Shown here: positions 27,830-41,302 of the stretch, one piece after another
Layout: every line of letters begins with the position of its first letter
How positions within the stretch are numbered: position 1 is the stretch's first letter
From: Octopus vulgaris
Taxonomy: Eukaryota
NCBI GenBank assembly: GCA_951406725.2
Contig: OX597830.1
Span: 19,406,001 to 19,470,000, forward strand
Direction: 5' to 3'
Length of the DNA: 64,000 nt
Notes under the pieces: generated by a model
The model's database searches: none
Seen by the model: only the letters and a program-made list of their open reading frames with translations
What the model was told of the DNA's origin: nothing
Program-made: the position numbers and the translations under genes

Positions 27830-28027
27830 TTGTGTGTCTGTGTTTGTCGCCCCAACATCGCTTGACAACCAATGCTGGTGTGTTTATGTCCCTGTAACTT
27901 AGCGGTTTGGCAAAAGAGACGGATAGAATAAGTACTAGGCGTACAAAGAATAAGTCCTGAGGTTGATTTGCTCGACTAAAGGCGGTGCTCCTGCATGGCC
28001 ACAGTCAAATGATTGAAACAAGTAAAA
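27614..28027 (+). mobile_element. SINE family 1, near full length
   Basis: Head, central (TA/TG)n, tail cagtcaaatgattgaaacaagtaaaa. Confidence 0.88.
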
Positions 28028-28339
28028 CAATGATAAATAAATAAATAAATAAATAAATAAATAGATGATTATAATAAATAAATAAATAAATAAATAGATG
28101 AATATAATAATTATAAATATGACTTGTAAGGCAGAGACAAAACAATAAAAATACTGAACATTTGCAAAATGGTAGATGTGAAAAAAAAAAAAAAGAAGCA
28201 GTTACAAAATCAAAAAAGAAATATGTAAATGAAGACAGGTAAAATAAAAAAAATAATAAAAAGAAGAAAAAAAACAGAAACAAAAAATAAAGAAGAACAA
28301 AAGAGGAGGGGGGAGCAAAAAAGGAGCCGATTGTTGTCT

Positions 28340-30000
28340 TGAGAACAGGTTTATGTGTAACTCAGTGTCTCTCACACCGGACACTATATCTACTAGGAAA
28401 TTTACACCAGCAATGCTACAATGCCACCTTAAGAATGAACGTAACTATGCCTCTCCTGGTCTCCATAGTGTTACATACCTACTTCTCAAATGCGGTGGGT
28501 ACTTTCTTCTAAACCAACTTTCACTATTCTTCCAATTCTGTCTTGACAATGATGTTACTCCAGAGCAGTGGAAAACTGCCAGTGTTATCCCTCTGTTCAA
28601 AAAGCATGACCGCACATCGCCTGTCAACTATCGCCCCATTAGTCTTACTAGCTGCATCGCCAAACTGATGGAATCCTGTGTCAGGGAAGCCCTCTGGAAC
28701 TTCTGGAAGTCTCACAGTCTCATCCAGCCATCGCAATTTGGATTTATTCCTAACTCCAGCTGCTGTAATCAACTCATCGAGTTTCTTGAGGACATTACCC
28801 AAATCACTGATCGCAGATCCTGGGTGGATGTTGTTTACCTGGACTTTGCTAAGCCTTTTAACTCTGTGCCACACAAAAGACTTATGGTGAAACTCTCTGC
28901 GTTGGGTGTAAGAGACGATCTCTATAACTGGTAGAAGTCCTTTATCGGCCGAAAAGAGGTTGTCACAGTTCTAGGACAGCACTCTTCACCCTATGAGATG
29001 ACATCTGGTGTACCACAGGGATCTGTTCTTGGCCCCCCTTTTATTTGTTGCATATGTTAATGACATAGATGCCAACTTAAAGAATGCCACAGTGCTGAAA
29101 TCTGCAGATGACATCAAGCTGTACCTCGAAATAAAGAGGTCAGATCCTGAACACTATAGATCTCTATTGCAATCAGACCTGGACACAATGCAGCAGTGGA
29201 TCATGGACTGGCAACTCAAGCTGGCTGTGGACAAATGTACCACCATGCATTTTGGGAGGAAAAACCCAGCGTCTTCTTACTCCCTTCACAACACTAATCT
29301 CAAAAAGTCTTCGTGTGAACGTGACCTGGGCGTTATTGTCGACAGCGATTTGCATTGGACAAAACACATTGCTAAAATTGCCAAGAAGGCTTGAGAGTGT
29401 CTTGGCATCACTCACCAAGTCCTTTGTGAGCCACTCTCCGGCTATCTATCAGTGGCTTTATATAGCTATGGTATGACCTCACCTGGAATTTGCATCACCG
29501 GTCTGGAACCCCTATCTTGCCAAGGATATTAATCGTCTGGAAGCCGTTCAGCGACGTGCAACCAAGAGAATACCCTCCATCAGGCATTTGCCATATTCTG
29601 AACGCCTTACTTCCCTGGGCATGGACACATTGAAACACCGACGTCTGGCAGCTGACTTGGCAGACACCCATAACATTTTTAACCATCTTACAAACCATAA
29701 CTCTGAGCACCTTTTCAAACTCCACCTGTTAAACACCCATGGACATGTTTACAAAGTCAGAAAACAGCACAGCTCCCATGACTTTCGGAAACATTTTTTC
29801 ATGCTAAGAGTTGCTGAAGCATGGAACAAACTGCCAGCATCAGTTGTTAGTTGTCAGAGCACTGCATCCTTCAAAACTTCCATGCTTCCTGAGATTCGCC
29901 AACACTACACCTGATTTTCTCCCCTCCATACACACGCAAGCATGTATCTGACTCATACACTGTTCGCTTTCCAGACATTTGTACATTACTGTATGTAATT
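28340..30000 (+). mobile_element. CR1-clade LINE, 5'-truncated RT region with stops/frameshifts
   Basis: WKTASVIPLFKK..NYRPISLTS..QFGF..VYLDFAKPFNSVPH..SGVPQGS..SADDIKLY; stop at 29914. Confidence 0.92.
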
Positions 30001-30360
30001 GATATGCACAACAGAGAAAGCGGGTGAGTGGGAGGTAGGGTGTGTCTGATTTAAATATCAGGCTGACTGCATATTTTACCTGTGTGTAGTTGGATATTAT
30101 TTTGATGTTGAACGGATATTTTGTGTGTCCTCTGTAGAAAAAGAGGTAAGTAAAGATATCTTTTTGGTTGGGATGGTGGTGTTCATAGGGTTATGATACC
30201 CGGATGCTATTATATATATATATATATACACACACTTGTACATTTATGCAATATGTATGTATGCGTATGTCTATCCTTCTGTCTCTCAATATGTTCATAC
30301 TGTTGCATGTTAGGCATGTATCTACATATATCTTTATATACATATATATATATATGTATG

Positions 30361-30445
<85 letters not shown>

Positions 30446-31055
30446 CTCACACACACTCACACACATGCACACACACAGACACACACACATAAACAGCAAC
30501 ACAAATACATGCATACATGCATACTGACAAACTATTACACACACATGTGTAAAAATAAAAATGGAGCTTCTACATGGTCACATAATGTGTTAAAAAATGC
30601 AGCCAAACCTCCCTCTAACGTAGTCCTAGATACGTTATTCCTGAGGGCAACTCTTTCAATTACAGATCTAATCAATCAGTACTGACCTAGGGTTGTACAA
30701 TAACAGATACGCTCAGATATGGGAGTAGATGGACCCTGAACAAAAGTACCCTATGATAGTGTTCTGCATGTTAAATACTTTTTACAGCCATGTCTCACAC
30801 AAGTGTAAAATAGAGAGTAAGAAAAACTTTGAATAAGTAAGATAATCACTCACTTTTTCTCTCTACCTAATGTCAAAGATATGTAGTACATTTCTGTTAT
30901 AATCTGAGTCCAGACTAAAAATTTTCAGTTCATCTTTGGTGTTACAAGAAGTTTTGTTGGTCTCTCGGTCAACTGTACCCCACACAATAATCAAGAGAAT
31001 TGCAGAGTTAGGTGATCAGATGTTAGGGGTGACGTGGTTCCAGAAATTGTCCGAC

Positions 31056-31280
31056 AGTGTGTGTATATGTTTGTGTGTCTGTGTTTGCCCCCCCAACATC
31101 ACTTCACAACTGATGCTGGTGTGTTTAGGTCTCCGTAACTTAGCGGGTCAGCATAAGAGACCGATAGAATAAGTACTAGGCTTACAAAGAATAAGTCCTG
31201 GGGTCAATTTGCTTGACTAAAGGCGGTGCTCCAGTATGGCCACAGTCAAATGACTGAAACAAGTAAAAGAGAGTAAAGAG
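31056..31280 (+). mobile_element. SINE family 1, 3' half
   Basis: Matches the tail of 27614-28027. Confidence 0.8.
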
Positions 31281-31539
31281 TATATACACATATATACATA
31301 GATGGTTGTATGTGAGTGTGTGTCTGTGTGTCTTTGTGTTTGTTTCCCTCCTTGTTCAGCATAACAAGTGAGGCAATTTCTTTGACTAAACCCTTCAAGG
31401 CAGTGTCCAAGTAAGGCTGTTGTCCGATGACTGGAGCAAGTAACAAGTTAAAAAATACAAGATCCATCGATATAATTGCATTCTCTTTATTAGTGTCTTT
31501 AATTGCCAATCCATTATAATTTTTCAAACCAGTTATGCT

Positions 31540-31722
31540 GATGCTGGTAGCATGTAAAAAGCATCCAGTCAACCTGTATACTCCGTAAAGTGGCTGGCAT
31601 TAGGAAGGGCATCAAGCTGTGGAAACCAAACCAAAACAGACTATGAAAGCTGGTATGGCCCCTGGCCTTGCAAGCTCCTGTCAAGCCGTCCAACCCATGC
31701 CAGGATGGAAAATGTAGTTCAA

Positions 31723-31803
<81 letters not shown>

Positions 31804-31805
31804 GT
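31540..31805 (+). mobile_element. RTE 3' UTR fragment with expanded (GAT)n tail
   Basis: taggaagggcatc..caacccatgccag motifs then a long (gat)n; source of the poly-D ORF. Confidence 0.75.
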
Positions 31806-32000
31806 GATTATGATTCAGTCGTTTTGAAGTTTGACTTCATCTATCTTTATCAGTTTCATCTCGAGAGCTGCAGCCATGTTGAGGCACTGCCATTAATTCT
31901 TTGTTTTTGTATAGTATTATATGATAAATTCAAACATTGTATTCCTATCCACTGATGAAAAATAGCTGCTTTTGTTTCTAACGAACTAGTAATCATTATT

Positions 32001-32162
32001 TACATTATTTACATTATTTACATTTGACGGATATTTGTCCTCATCTTGTTTGTTGTTAACACAACATTTCGGCTGATATACCCTCCAGCCTTCATCAGGT
32101 GTTTTGGGGAAATGTCGACCCTGGGTTCTCATTCATAAGAGTTTTTTTTTGAAAGCTTAGTA
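32001..32162 (-). mobile_element. Short hammerhead-containing insertion with 17-bp direct repeats
   Basis: aactagtaatcattatt at 31984-32000 and 32163-32179; hammerhead at 32058-32103; (tacattatt)n end. Confidence 0.7.
32058..32103 (-). ncRNA. Ultra-minimal hammerhead ribozyme motif
   Basis: Minus strand: AACAC-CUGAUGA-A-GGCUG gaggguauau CAGCC-GAAA-UGUU-GUGUU; stem III essentially absent (GAAAUGUU, probably from GAAACGUU). Confidence 0.7.
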
Positions 32163-32282
32163 AACTAGTAATCATTATTATTCTTTCCAAATTATTCTAC
32201 AAGTTGTCATTTTCTACAAAGTTCTAAAGCCTTATCTTTAATTTCATTCTAATAAGATTGCCAAAAAGGTATTCACTTATTC

Positions 32283-32635
32283 TTTTATTCATTTACTGTG
32301 GTCATGCTGGAGCATCACCTTTAGTTGAACAAATCGACACCAGGATTATGGGGACATAAACACACCAGCATCAGTTGTCAAGCGATGTTGGGTGGGGTGG
32401 GGAAACAAAGACACACAAACATATACACACACATACGCACACACCCATATATATATATATATATACATATATACGATGGGCTTCTCTCAGCTTCTGTCTA
32501 CGAAATCCACTCACAAGGCTTTTGTTGGTCCAAGGCTATAGTAGAAGACACTTGCCCAAACTGCCACGCAGTGGGACTGGACCCAGAACCATGTGGTTGG
32601 TAAGCAACCTACTTACCACACACCCACTCCTACAC
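32283..32635 (-). mobile_element. SINE family 1
   Basis: Reverse complement of family 1, with an internal deletion. Confidence 0.8.
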
Positions 32636-32842
32636 CTCTGTGATAATATATTAGGAATGACAAGATGTGTTGAGTGGATTCTTGCTGTTCTGCTTGCACT
32701 CCATGAAGTATACTTAATTTTATTATATAAAATGATATGTTCCCTAAAATAAGGAATTCTTTCATCTGTATGTAGTAAGGAGGCCCTATTGGAGTGGGGG
32801 ATAACCTCTTAATAGAGAATTTCAGGGAAAGTTGGTCTAAAC

Positions 32843-32860
32843 AATCATCATCCTCATCAC

Positions 32861-32919
<59 letters not shown>

Positions 32920-33150
32920 ACTGTCTGTTTGCCATGTTGGTATGGGTTGGATGGCTTGATAGTAACTGGTAAGCCAAAGGGCTGCACCAGGTTCCGTAGC
33001 CTGTTTTGGCTTGAATTTTAAAACTGGATGCCCTTCATAATGTCAACCCAGCTTTTTATGTACTGGATGCTTTTCATGTAGCACCATCACCAATGTTTTT
33101 TTTTTTAAGTGGCACCAGCACCCCAACCAATGCTTTTTACATGGCACCCT
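32843..33150 (-). mobile_element. RTE 3' UTR fragment with long (CAT)n
   Basis: Reverse complement of the RTE tail motifs. Confidence 0.7.
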
Positions 33151-33737
33151 GGTTTTAGGATGGAAATTCTTAAACCTCATTTATGATATATAATGGACTT
33201 AACATCGTGAAACCTAAAGAGAGGAAGCATTACACATTTGTACAGCAAAACAATTGAAGAAGCTTTTTCAACTTTTAATATATGACTTGTAGTTCTTTCA
33301 AGGAGTATTTTTTTAAGCTTTCCTATGACTTTTCTTATATATGACATTGTTACTTGATACTTTTGTATGTGTAACAGATCAAAAGTGGAGAGGGATTACA
33401 GGTAATTAGATCAGAGAAACAGAATGCTTTGATACCATAGACACAGTTTTCAGTGCATTAGGTACATAAACCCACACACACGCATACACATGGTTGTTGT
33501 TAATAAAAAGAACAAGCAATTGAAGACCAGTGATGTGAAAAATCACTACAATTTCAAGGTGTGACCTGAAGAAAATTGACCTGCTATTTCTAGCAGACTA
33601 AGTAACCACACACAATCTATTTCTTAAGTGGAGGGAAATAAAAACATGTCACAGGAAAAATAGTGAAAGTATAATAGTTTATGTTTATGTATTTGTTTTG
33701 CAAGATTCTTGATGGGAAATCATGTGTTGAAACAGAT

Positions 33738-34545
33738 ACAAGATCTGATTAATAAGTATACGGACTGTTGCCATAGTAACGAAACTAAAGAGTAAAGATG
33801 TTTGGCAAAGATTGAGCTTGCACTCTGCTGTGCATGCACACTAAGTTTTAATGTTCTAGCTCAATTCCACTGTTTATAGCAGTGCTTGGAAGGAAGGTGT
33901 GTAGTGTATGATTTGTTGCATAGACTTGCTCAGAGGCCTTTACAAGGTTGCAGAAAGTGTATGGAAAGGAGTGTATGAGCCACACACAAGTGTACGAGTG
34001 GTTCAGACGTTTCCAAGATGGTCAAAAAAATGTCAATATTGACGAACGTTCTGGGAGACCAGCAACCAGCAGAACTGAGAAAAACATCACAGATGTGCAT
34101 GCAGCTCTGAGGGGAAATTGTCAAATCACCATCTGTGAGTTATCAGAGGACGTGCACGTGCACATTAGTTACGGTTCAGTTCAGTTCATTTGCACTGAAG
34201 ATTTGGGTATGAGACACATGTCTGCCAAGTTTGTGCCAAAACTGCTTTCAACTGATCCAAAACACATTCAGGTTTCAGTTGCACAAGATCTTGATTGTGT
34301 CGAGAACGGTGAAAACTTTTTGTAAACTTTGCATAGGCCTCTGAGCATGTATCGTCAAGCTTTTGGCAGAATTTCATGCAGATTCTCTGCTCAACTTTCT
34401 CTGTCATGGTCAATCCGACGATCACACACTATACACATTTTTTCCAAGCACTGCTGTAAACAGTGGAAGTGAGTTAGAATGTTACAACTTCGTGCAGGTA
34501 CACAACAAGGTTCAAGGTCAATCTGTGCATTTGTGTCCCATTATA
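33738..34545 (+). mobile_element. Mariner derivative with inverted duplication of its 5' end
   Basis: + ORF QKVYGKECMSHTQVYEWFRRF..DERSGRP..SAKFVPKLL; 34320-34530 is an inverted copy of about 33800-33960 and encodes MTEKVEQRICMKFCQKL. Confidence 0.85.
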
Positions 34546-34565
34546 ACTAAACATAAACACACACA

Positions 34566-34667
<102 letters not shown>

Positions 34668-34750
34668 CACACATATGTATATTAGTGTATGTAGATTGTT
34701 AGTGATTTTTCCTCCGTCTTAATTTTCTTTTGGACTACCCTCTGTTTCAT

Positions 34751-34785
34751 GTTTCTAAAGAAGAGCTTTGCTCGAAACGTTAAGC
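34751..34785 (+). ncRNA. Ultra-minimal hammerhead motif, core mutated (G5>A)
   Basis: gttt-CTAAAGA-a-GAGC ttt GCTC-GAAACGTT-aagc. Confidence 0.55.
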
Positions 34786-35502
34786 ACCCCTCTGTTCCTT
34801 TTGCTCCAAACCAAAGACAGTGAACGCCAGAGGATGACCCTACGTATATCACATTGAAATACAGAAAAATAGCATTTAGCAAACATCGACATTTGTGCCA
34901 TTAACGAACAACCCAACTTCAGAATTTTCCCCTCTATAAATTCAGGGACAATTCAACCTATAATCAGCGCATTAGCAAAGAATCATATTTTATCGCAAGA
35001 TATAAATCCTTTTTCAATGCTTCCACCACAGATGACACTACTACAAGGCTCTTAGAATAATACCCACACAAATATTAAAAACGATATATTTAGAACAGTC
35101 ACTGCCCATGAACTTATTCAGAACAATTCCAATCACTACTGCTATAACCACAACATGTCACTTTTAGGTCACTTGACCATTCAAGAGGACTTTACGAACA
35201 GCCTACTGCAGTCATACCACTCCCGTCTTTTTCTTCTTCTTTCTCTTCTTTTCTCCCCTTCGTCATCCTCCTCCTCTTTGTTCTTCGCTGTCTCCTTCCT
35301 TAGCTACTGCTACTTAAACAATCAAAATCCAGAACCAACACCCCCCATATTAAATACTTCAATTGTTTTTCATACTTTACTCTACGTTGAAGAAGTCGAA
35401 ACAGCTGAGCCCGGTACTAAAATGTTCTTCATGATAAAATTATTTTAGCATTTTCTACCTTATTTCCCTTATAATATGAACTTGTGTGTTACTTTTCAAC
35501 CT

Positions 35503-35577
<75 letters not shown>

Positions 35578-35679
35578 ACAGAAACGGTAAGATAACACAA
35601 TAATGAAAGAGACCTCGATATTATGTAAATAGTGGAATTTATCTGTAAATATAATATGTGACAATTATTCGGCAGCCAT

Positions 35680-35740
35680 GATAAAACTTCGAGTTTCGGA
35701 TGTCGGGGCGAAAACCCACACCGCCATCTCTTCTGTTATC
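35680..35740 (-). ncRNA. Hammerhead motif in PLE terminal repeat, U4>A variant
   Basis: Minus strand: GAUAA-CAGAAGA-GAUG...CAUC-C-GAAAC-UCGAA-GUU-UUAUC. Confidence 0.6.
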
Positions 35741-37048
35741 GGGCCATCGAAAACAATTGTATGAAATGGACCGTTAAACAAAGGGAAATTACTGTGTGAT
35801 TGACTGTTATTAAGATAAAAGAGCAATTAGAATGACCACTAAGGGAAGAGAGAGAGTAAAAGCAAGGGAGTAAAAATGATCATAGTATTCGCGTAAGCGC
35901 ACACGTCCATACATACACATACGCGCCCGCACACCAACGTAATGCGCCTATAAGTATATACTCATCCACCCTCACTTGAAACACACACATGCTCACCCAC
36001 ACATTCGCCAAAAATTATATACATTCCCGCATGCACGCTCGCACACACACACACATGCGCACAAAAAAGATTCATATACACGTCTATATACGCACATGCA
36101 CAACAGGGTTAAATGCAAAATACAGAAAAATGTGTAAAAAGGTGTAAAAAATAAGCAATAAGAGTAAAACACGTTTATATACGCACATACTCGTATGCAC
36201 GCGCACACACACACGTCTAAATACGCACATACCCGCACTCACGCACACATCCTCACGCGCACACAGAAGATTTCATATACACGTCTATATACGCACAGGA
36301 AAAATGCAGGGTGGAAGGTAGAATACAGAAAAATTATGTGTAAAAATATATGAGCAATAAACCTATAAAACATTATCTCTATAAATATGTAAAAAATATA
36401 TAATAATATATAAGAAATATAAGTAAAAAGTATAGAGAGATAAAAAAGCTTGAACGTGGACACAATATACAAAGCAAATCCTATCTGTAATCTCGGGGGG
36501 ACCAAAAACGTAACAATATTTAGCCACGTGTGGACATGATCCGAAAAGTTCAGTTCTTGAATTTAGACATGTGCTGCTTTTCCAGATGAACCATCTTTCC
36601 ATATCACAAAGACTGCACTTCCCACTACCGTTGGTGCAGGGCTTACACTTGGCTAAAATATTCCAATGGATGTTGTAACTGACACCTTTATCTTTTAAGG
36701 ACCATATATGACTGGATAATTTGGTCGTTTTCCTTTTGTCACAGTGGCTGAAGGTCAAGGTGTGATTATTGAACCGGGCCTTAAAATTACCCTCTGTAAG
36801 GCCCACGTATTTCTTCGTCGAAACCGTGTCCTTAGTGGATATAGAGTCCACGGTGGCTTCATAAATCGTGGTCTCGGACATGCATTTTCACGCGAATACT
36901 ATGAACATTTATACTCCCTTACCTTTACTCCCCCCCCCCCCGCAATTAGCGGTCTTTCAAATAGCTCTTTTGTCTTAATAACGGTCACACGCAAAGTAAT
37001 TTCCCATTTGTTTAGCGGTCATTTTCAGAGCAATTTTTTTGATGGCTC

Positions 37049-37109
37049 GATAACAGAAGAGATGGCGGCATGGGTTTCCGCCCCGACATCCGAAACTCGG
37101 AGTTTTATA
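37049..37109 (+). ncRNA. Hammerhead motif in inverted PLE terminal repeat, U4>A variant
   Basis: gataa-CAGAAGA-gatg...catc-c-GAAAC-TCGGA-GTT-ttata; inverted copy of 35680-35740. Confidence 0.6.
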
Positions 37110-37133
37110 ATGGCTGCCGAATAATTGTCACAT

Positions 37134-37159
<26 letters not shown>

Positions 37160-37164
<5 letters not shown>

Positions 37165-38407
37165 TAAATATGTTCCAAGAAGAAAATATAAAATATAAAA
37201 TACACGTGGAAATGTAAGGGGAAAATAAGAAAAATCAACGAAAATGCACATTGTACATAAAAAAAGAAAAGGCTTTTTATGAAAGGTAACGACAGATATA
37301 TACATTTAGATGGACTGAAGTAGTAATAAATGTTATAAAAGTCATTATTATGAGATGATTAAAAAGTCAGAAAGAAAAGCATACCATGGTTTCGTCCTAA
37401 CCTATTCATTGCCTTGAATAAACACCGGCTAATCAACGGTGTCAGGACTAATAGTTCCTGAGTAAAAAGATTATTTGTAAGGGAGGTAAGTAGTTCTGGA
37501 TTTCCTGCAGCTGTGTTAGATATAGAATTGTAATGTGAATGGTGTAGGGAGTATATAGGGGTTAGTAGTGTTCATTGAAGGGTTAGTGGTGCTCTATATT
37601 AAGTTGTGTGATCATATTTAATTGGGAAAGATATTTATTGATGAAAATTGCCTCTTTATTCAACCTTTGTTGCATTGCGGTGTTCTGTGAACATTGATAG
37701 AAGGGGAAGATTTGGAAATTAGTATCAAGATTCATAGCACACCTTTCTATGTGTTCACTAACCTGTAACTGTCTGTATTGTGTTTGGCGGATTTATTCTT
37801 TGTGGATGGTAGCTCTTCAACGGAGTGATATTCCTGTTTGTCCAATATAGTGGTTACCACATCCTAAGCATGTCATGACATAGATTAGATTTTCCGAGGC
37901 CCAGGTGAAATTTGATTTGATCTTAAATATTTTTCCTTGTTTGAAGTGAAATTCTGAACCCTCCAAAAGTTGGGGGCATGTTCCATAGTTAGGATGACCA
38001 CATTTTTTCACTTTTGGCTATGTTGTTAGTGGATAAAGTCTTGCGCTGATTAATATTTTTTTCAGTGATTTCGGTTGCTTTTTGCTTTTTATAATTTTGT
38101 ATGAGCTTAAAATTTCGTTCATTGTTTTGTCTGCTGTGAGGACGGGAATATTTTGGGTGATAATGTTGAAGGCTTCGTTGTTTCTAGGGTTATGTGTGGA
38201 AATGTACGGGAGTATTTTTAAGTCTGGTTTAGTATTTCGGCTAGCTTGACTTAATATTTGTATATCTATTTCCTTAGCTCTTAATGACTTTTATGACTTT
38301 TATTACTACCTCAGTCCATCTAAATGTATATATCTGTCGTTACATTTCATAAAAAGTCTTTTCTTTTTTATTTACTATGTGATTTTTCGTTGATTTTTCT
38401 TATTTTC

Positions 38408-38410
<3 letters not shown>
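37160..38410 (-). mobile_element. Second Penelope-like element family, GIY-YIG remnant with inverted repeats
   Basis: KKCGHPNYGTCP..SENLIYVMTCLGCGNHYIGQTG; about 37218-37347 inverted at 38282-38410; (TA)n flanks. Confidence 0.85.
37378..37458 (-). ncRNA. Degenerate hammerhead motif
   Basis: Minus strand: decayed 5' core (cuauua), stem II GUCCU...AGGAC, then intact GAAAC-CAUG-GUA; inside a GIY-YIG PLE. Confidence 0.5.
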
Positions 38411-38455
<45 letters not shown>

Positions 38456-38492
38456 ATGTACATATATATAAACACACACACACACGTATATT

Positions 38493-38616
<124 letters not shown>

Positions 38617-39970
38617 ACAAATATGATTAGTAAGATTATGAGACAAGGAAGAGACAAACGAACAATACATGATATTAAAAAAGCAAAGTAAAGCGAACCC
38701 TGAAACAGCCTAAGAATATGAAATGAAAAAATTACAGTGGAAGAACGGGTACATTGAAAATAAGCCAATGAAAAAAGCAGAAGCGAATTTGATATTTCGG
38801 GTAATACTCTTTATCAAAGAGGAGAGAAAGGAATAAGAAATGTACGAGATAATACAAATATAAACGAATTACATGGTAGGCTTGGTGTAAAGTGATAGGT
38901 GGAATGTGGGATACTAGGACCAGAAATGGCGCCACAATCTGGTTGACAGTGAGAGAATGAGAAAGAAAATAAGTGGGGAGAGAGTGGGAGAAAGGTGAGG
39001 AAGAGAGATAGATGAAAGGTGATGAGTGTTGTGTGAGTGTATGTGTGAGAGAGAGAGAGAAGAACCACAGGAAAAGAAATGAGAAAACAAATCTTCAAAC
39101 ATGAAGCTGAAATTCAAGCCTTTTCATTGCATTTCTATAGGGTTAGAAGATTACCAATGGTTTCAGTTTGCTATCTCTGCTTGCGTTGTCACTAAACACT
39201 GAAATTAGTCGATCTTTCGAAACTCTAAATACAGACATTGACGATTCTTGGTGGTATTTTTTTAATCTCCAGTAATTCTTTCTTAAATTTTGTGGACAAA
39301 ATTTTACTGCTTCATCCGCTGTGCTTCGTTATATTAAGCCAACCTGCTCTCTTCTAGCGCCCAAACCATCCACGGTTTACAGAAAGGTGTTTCCTTTACA
39401 ATCTTCTTTTTTTATCCTTTAGCGCTGTAAGGATGGAAAAAGCTTCTGTACAAATTCCAGTGAAAATATCGCCGGGGAAAATGCTTAATGGCATTTCGTC
39501 TGTCTTTATGTTCTGAGTTCAAATTTCGTGGTGGTCGACTTTGCCCTTCGTCTTTTCGGGGTGGAGAAAATAAGTACTAGTCGAGCATTGGGATCCATGT
39601 AAGCAATTTAAACCTACCCCTGAACTTACTGGCCTTGTGCCAAAATTTAAAACCAATATTCATGCTTAACCAGTAATCTATATTGTTAAAAATCTTTATT
39701 TGAAGAGTGACGCTTTTTTTTTTTACTTCCGAGTCAAATAGATTGCCTAGAATGCGCATTCATTACTCCACCTAAATATTTCTATATCTCTTTCAAAATT
39801 GTACAGACAGATGAGAAGTTCAAATGAGTATTTTTTAAAAATCGTTTTTAACACAGCGCCCATGGCCCTTTTTTAGGACCAGAAGGACAATCCATCATAC
39901 TTCTGCAATACCTGTATTTTTTCGAGATACCTTAAGTTAGTCATCAAGACTGGAGTGTCTTTCAAATATT

Positions 39971-40108
39971 CTTCTCTATTCAAGGCACAAGGCCCGAAAT
40001 TTTGGGGGAGGAGGCCAGTCGATTAGATTGACCCCAATACGCAACTGGTACTTAATTTATTGACCCCAAAAGGATGAAAGACAAAGTCGACCTCGGAAGA
40101 ATTTGAAC
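39971..40108 (-). mobile_element. SINE family 3, 5'-truncated, 13-bp TSD
   Basis: tctttcaaatatt at 39958-39970 and 40109-40121. Confidence 0.8.
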
Positions 40109-40827
40109 TCTTTCAAATATTGTAACAAAATGTTTTTATATAATTAGTATCAGATAAAGTTGTATAAAAAAGTTTTTAGATAATAAATCAAATAAAACAA
40201 TTTGTGGACTAATATGTTAATGGTATTTCCAGCATGGTACTACCTTATAATACCATACATTTTTTCCCAAAGTTATGGTTCCTTCGAGTTTCTTATTTAA
40301 TGTTCTAGTTAGTGTACTAATGTATTTTGGTATGTTAAAAAAAAAGATGCCCAATATTCTAAAAGAAAGACAGAGAACGGAGCAGTCAAGGAAAGTATTC
40401 TAAGATGTCTCGTAAACATTCACTTGTTAATAAAAAAAATGGCGTATTTTAATTGCAGCAAATACGATGGTGCACAGCAAAGGAGAATGGGAGTTGCTGG
40501 CTCTCGCCGACATAATTTGGCCTTTAGCTTAGCTGACAAATGTATTCATTGCTTTCAGACAGCCCACATTGAGTTATAAACAAATTTAAAAAAAAAAATC
40601 TTGCTTTTTATTTTTGCCGCTGAAAATTCTCATAGAGCTGTAAAGTTGTAAAAAACAAACGCTGAGAGTGAGAACTACCTGTGTATAATTGTATATTTTC
40701 ATATAAACACTCATATACGTAATTTGAACATTAACCACAGTATTATGATTTTTTTTTTACCAGGGAGGTATCTGAGACTATATACAGAAGTGGCAATAAA
40801 AGAGAGCAAAAGAAATAGAAACCGAAG

Positions 40828-40906
40828 ATGACAGCGGATACTGTACAGCCAGAGAGGAAGTTGGGGTTACTAAAGGGAATCTCTATGATAGTCGGCATCA
40901 TGATTG
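40828..40906 (+). CDS. SLC7A9: SLC7A9-like transporter gene B, first coding exon
   Basis: Acceptor ttttaccag ending at 40763 implies an upstream non-coding exon; in-frame TAG four codons before the ATG; MTADTVQPERKLGLLKGISMIVGIMI(G), gtaagt donor, phase 1. Not in the ORF track. Confidence 0.88.
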
Positions 40907-40978
40907 GTAAGTAAAATATTTTGATATTCAAGTCCTACTCTCAGCAATTAGAATATTAGTCGAGGTCTTCGTTTAAAG

Positions 40979-41302
40979 CAATGATTTTCAACCATTTTGT
41001 CTTTACCTGTGGACTCCTTTGATCACTATTCTATTCTAGCGGGCCCCGAAAGCCATCTGATGTTTAAATACTAGTTTTATAGACGCTTCTTTCAAAATAC
41101 GTATTTTGTTCTTCACACATCAACCAGTTTAGGTTGAACTACGTAAAATGTTAAAGAAAGAAATCAAGTTGTTCCTTGCAATAAATACATCTATATGAAC
41201 ATTGTTTCATGAGCCCTTAAAATACTACTGTGGATCCTTAATTTACTATTTTACTTGCGTGGACTCCAAATTTCTTATAAGGACCCCATTTGAGAACCAC
41301 TG
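40979..41302. mobile_element. hAT-like MITE
   Basis: Ends caatgattttcaa / ttgagaaccactg; imperfect 8-bp TSD gtttaaag / gtttaagc. Confidence 0.6.

Larger units (their letters stand above)
35576..37133 (-). mobile_element. Penelope-like element, 5'-truncated, GIY-YIG endonuclease ORF (36363-36881) and inverted terminal repeats
   Basis: TIYEATV..KKYVGLTEGNFKARFNNH..LSSHIWSLKDKG..KCSLCDMER..LNSRTELFGSCPH; arms about 35656-35842 / 36946-37133 each carry a hammerhead; (TA)n on both sides. Confidence 0.88.

Noticed and set aside
39240-39432. Possible promoter or non-coding first exon of gene B (unique sequence ending agcgct/gtaagg)
   Set aside because: Plausible donor site but nothing else supports it without transcript data
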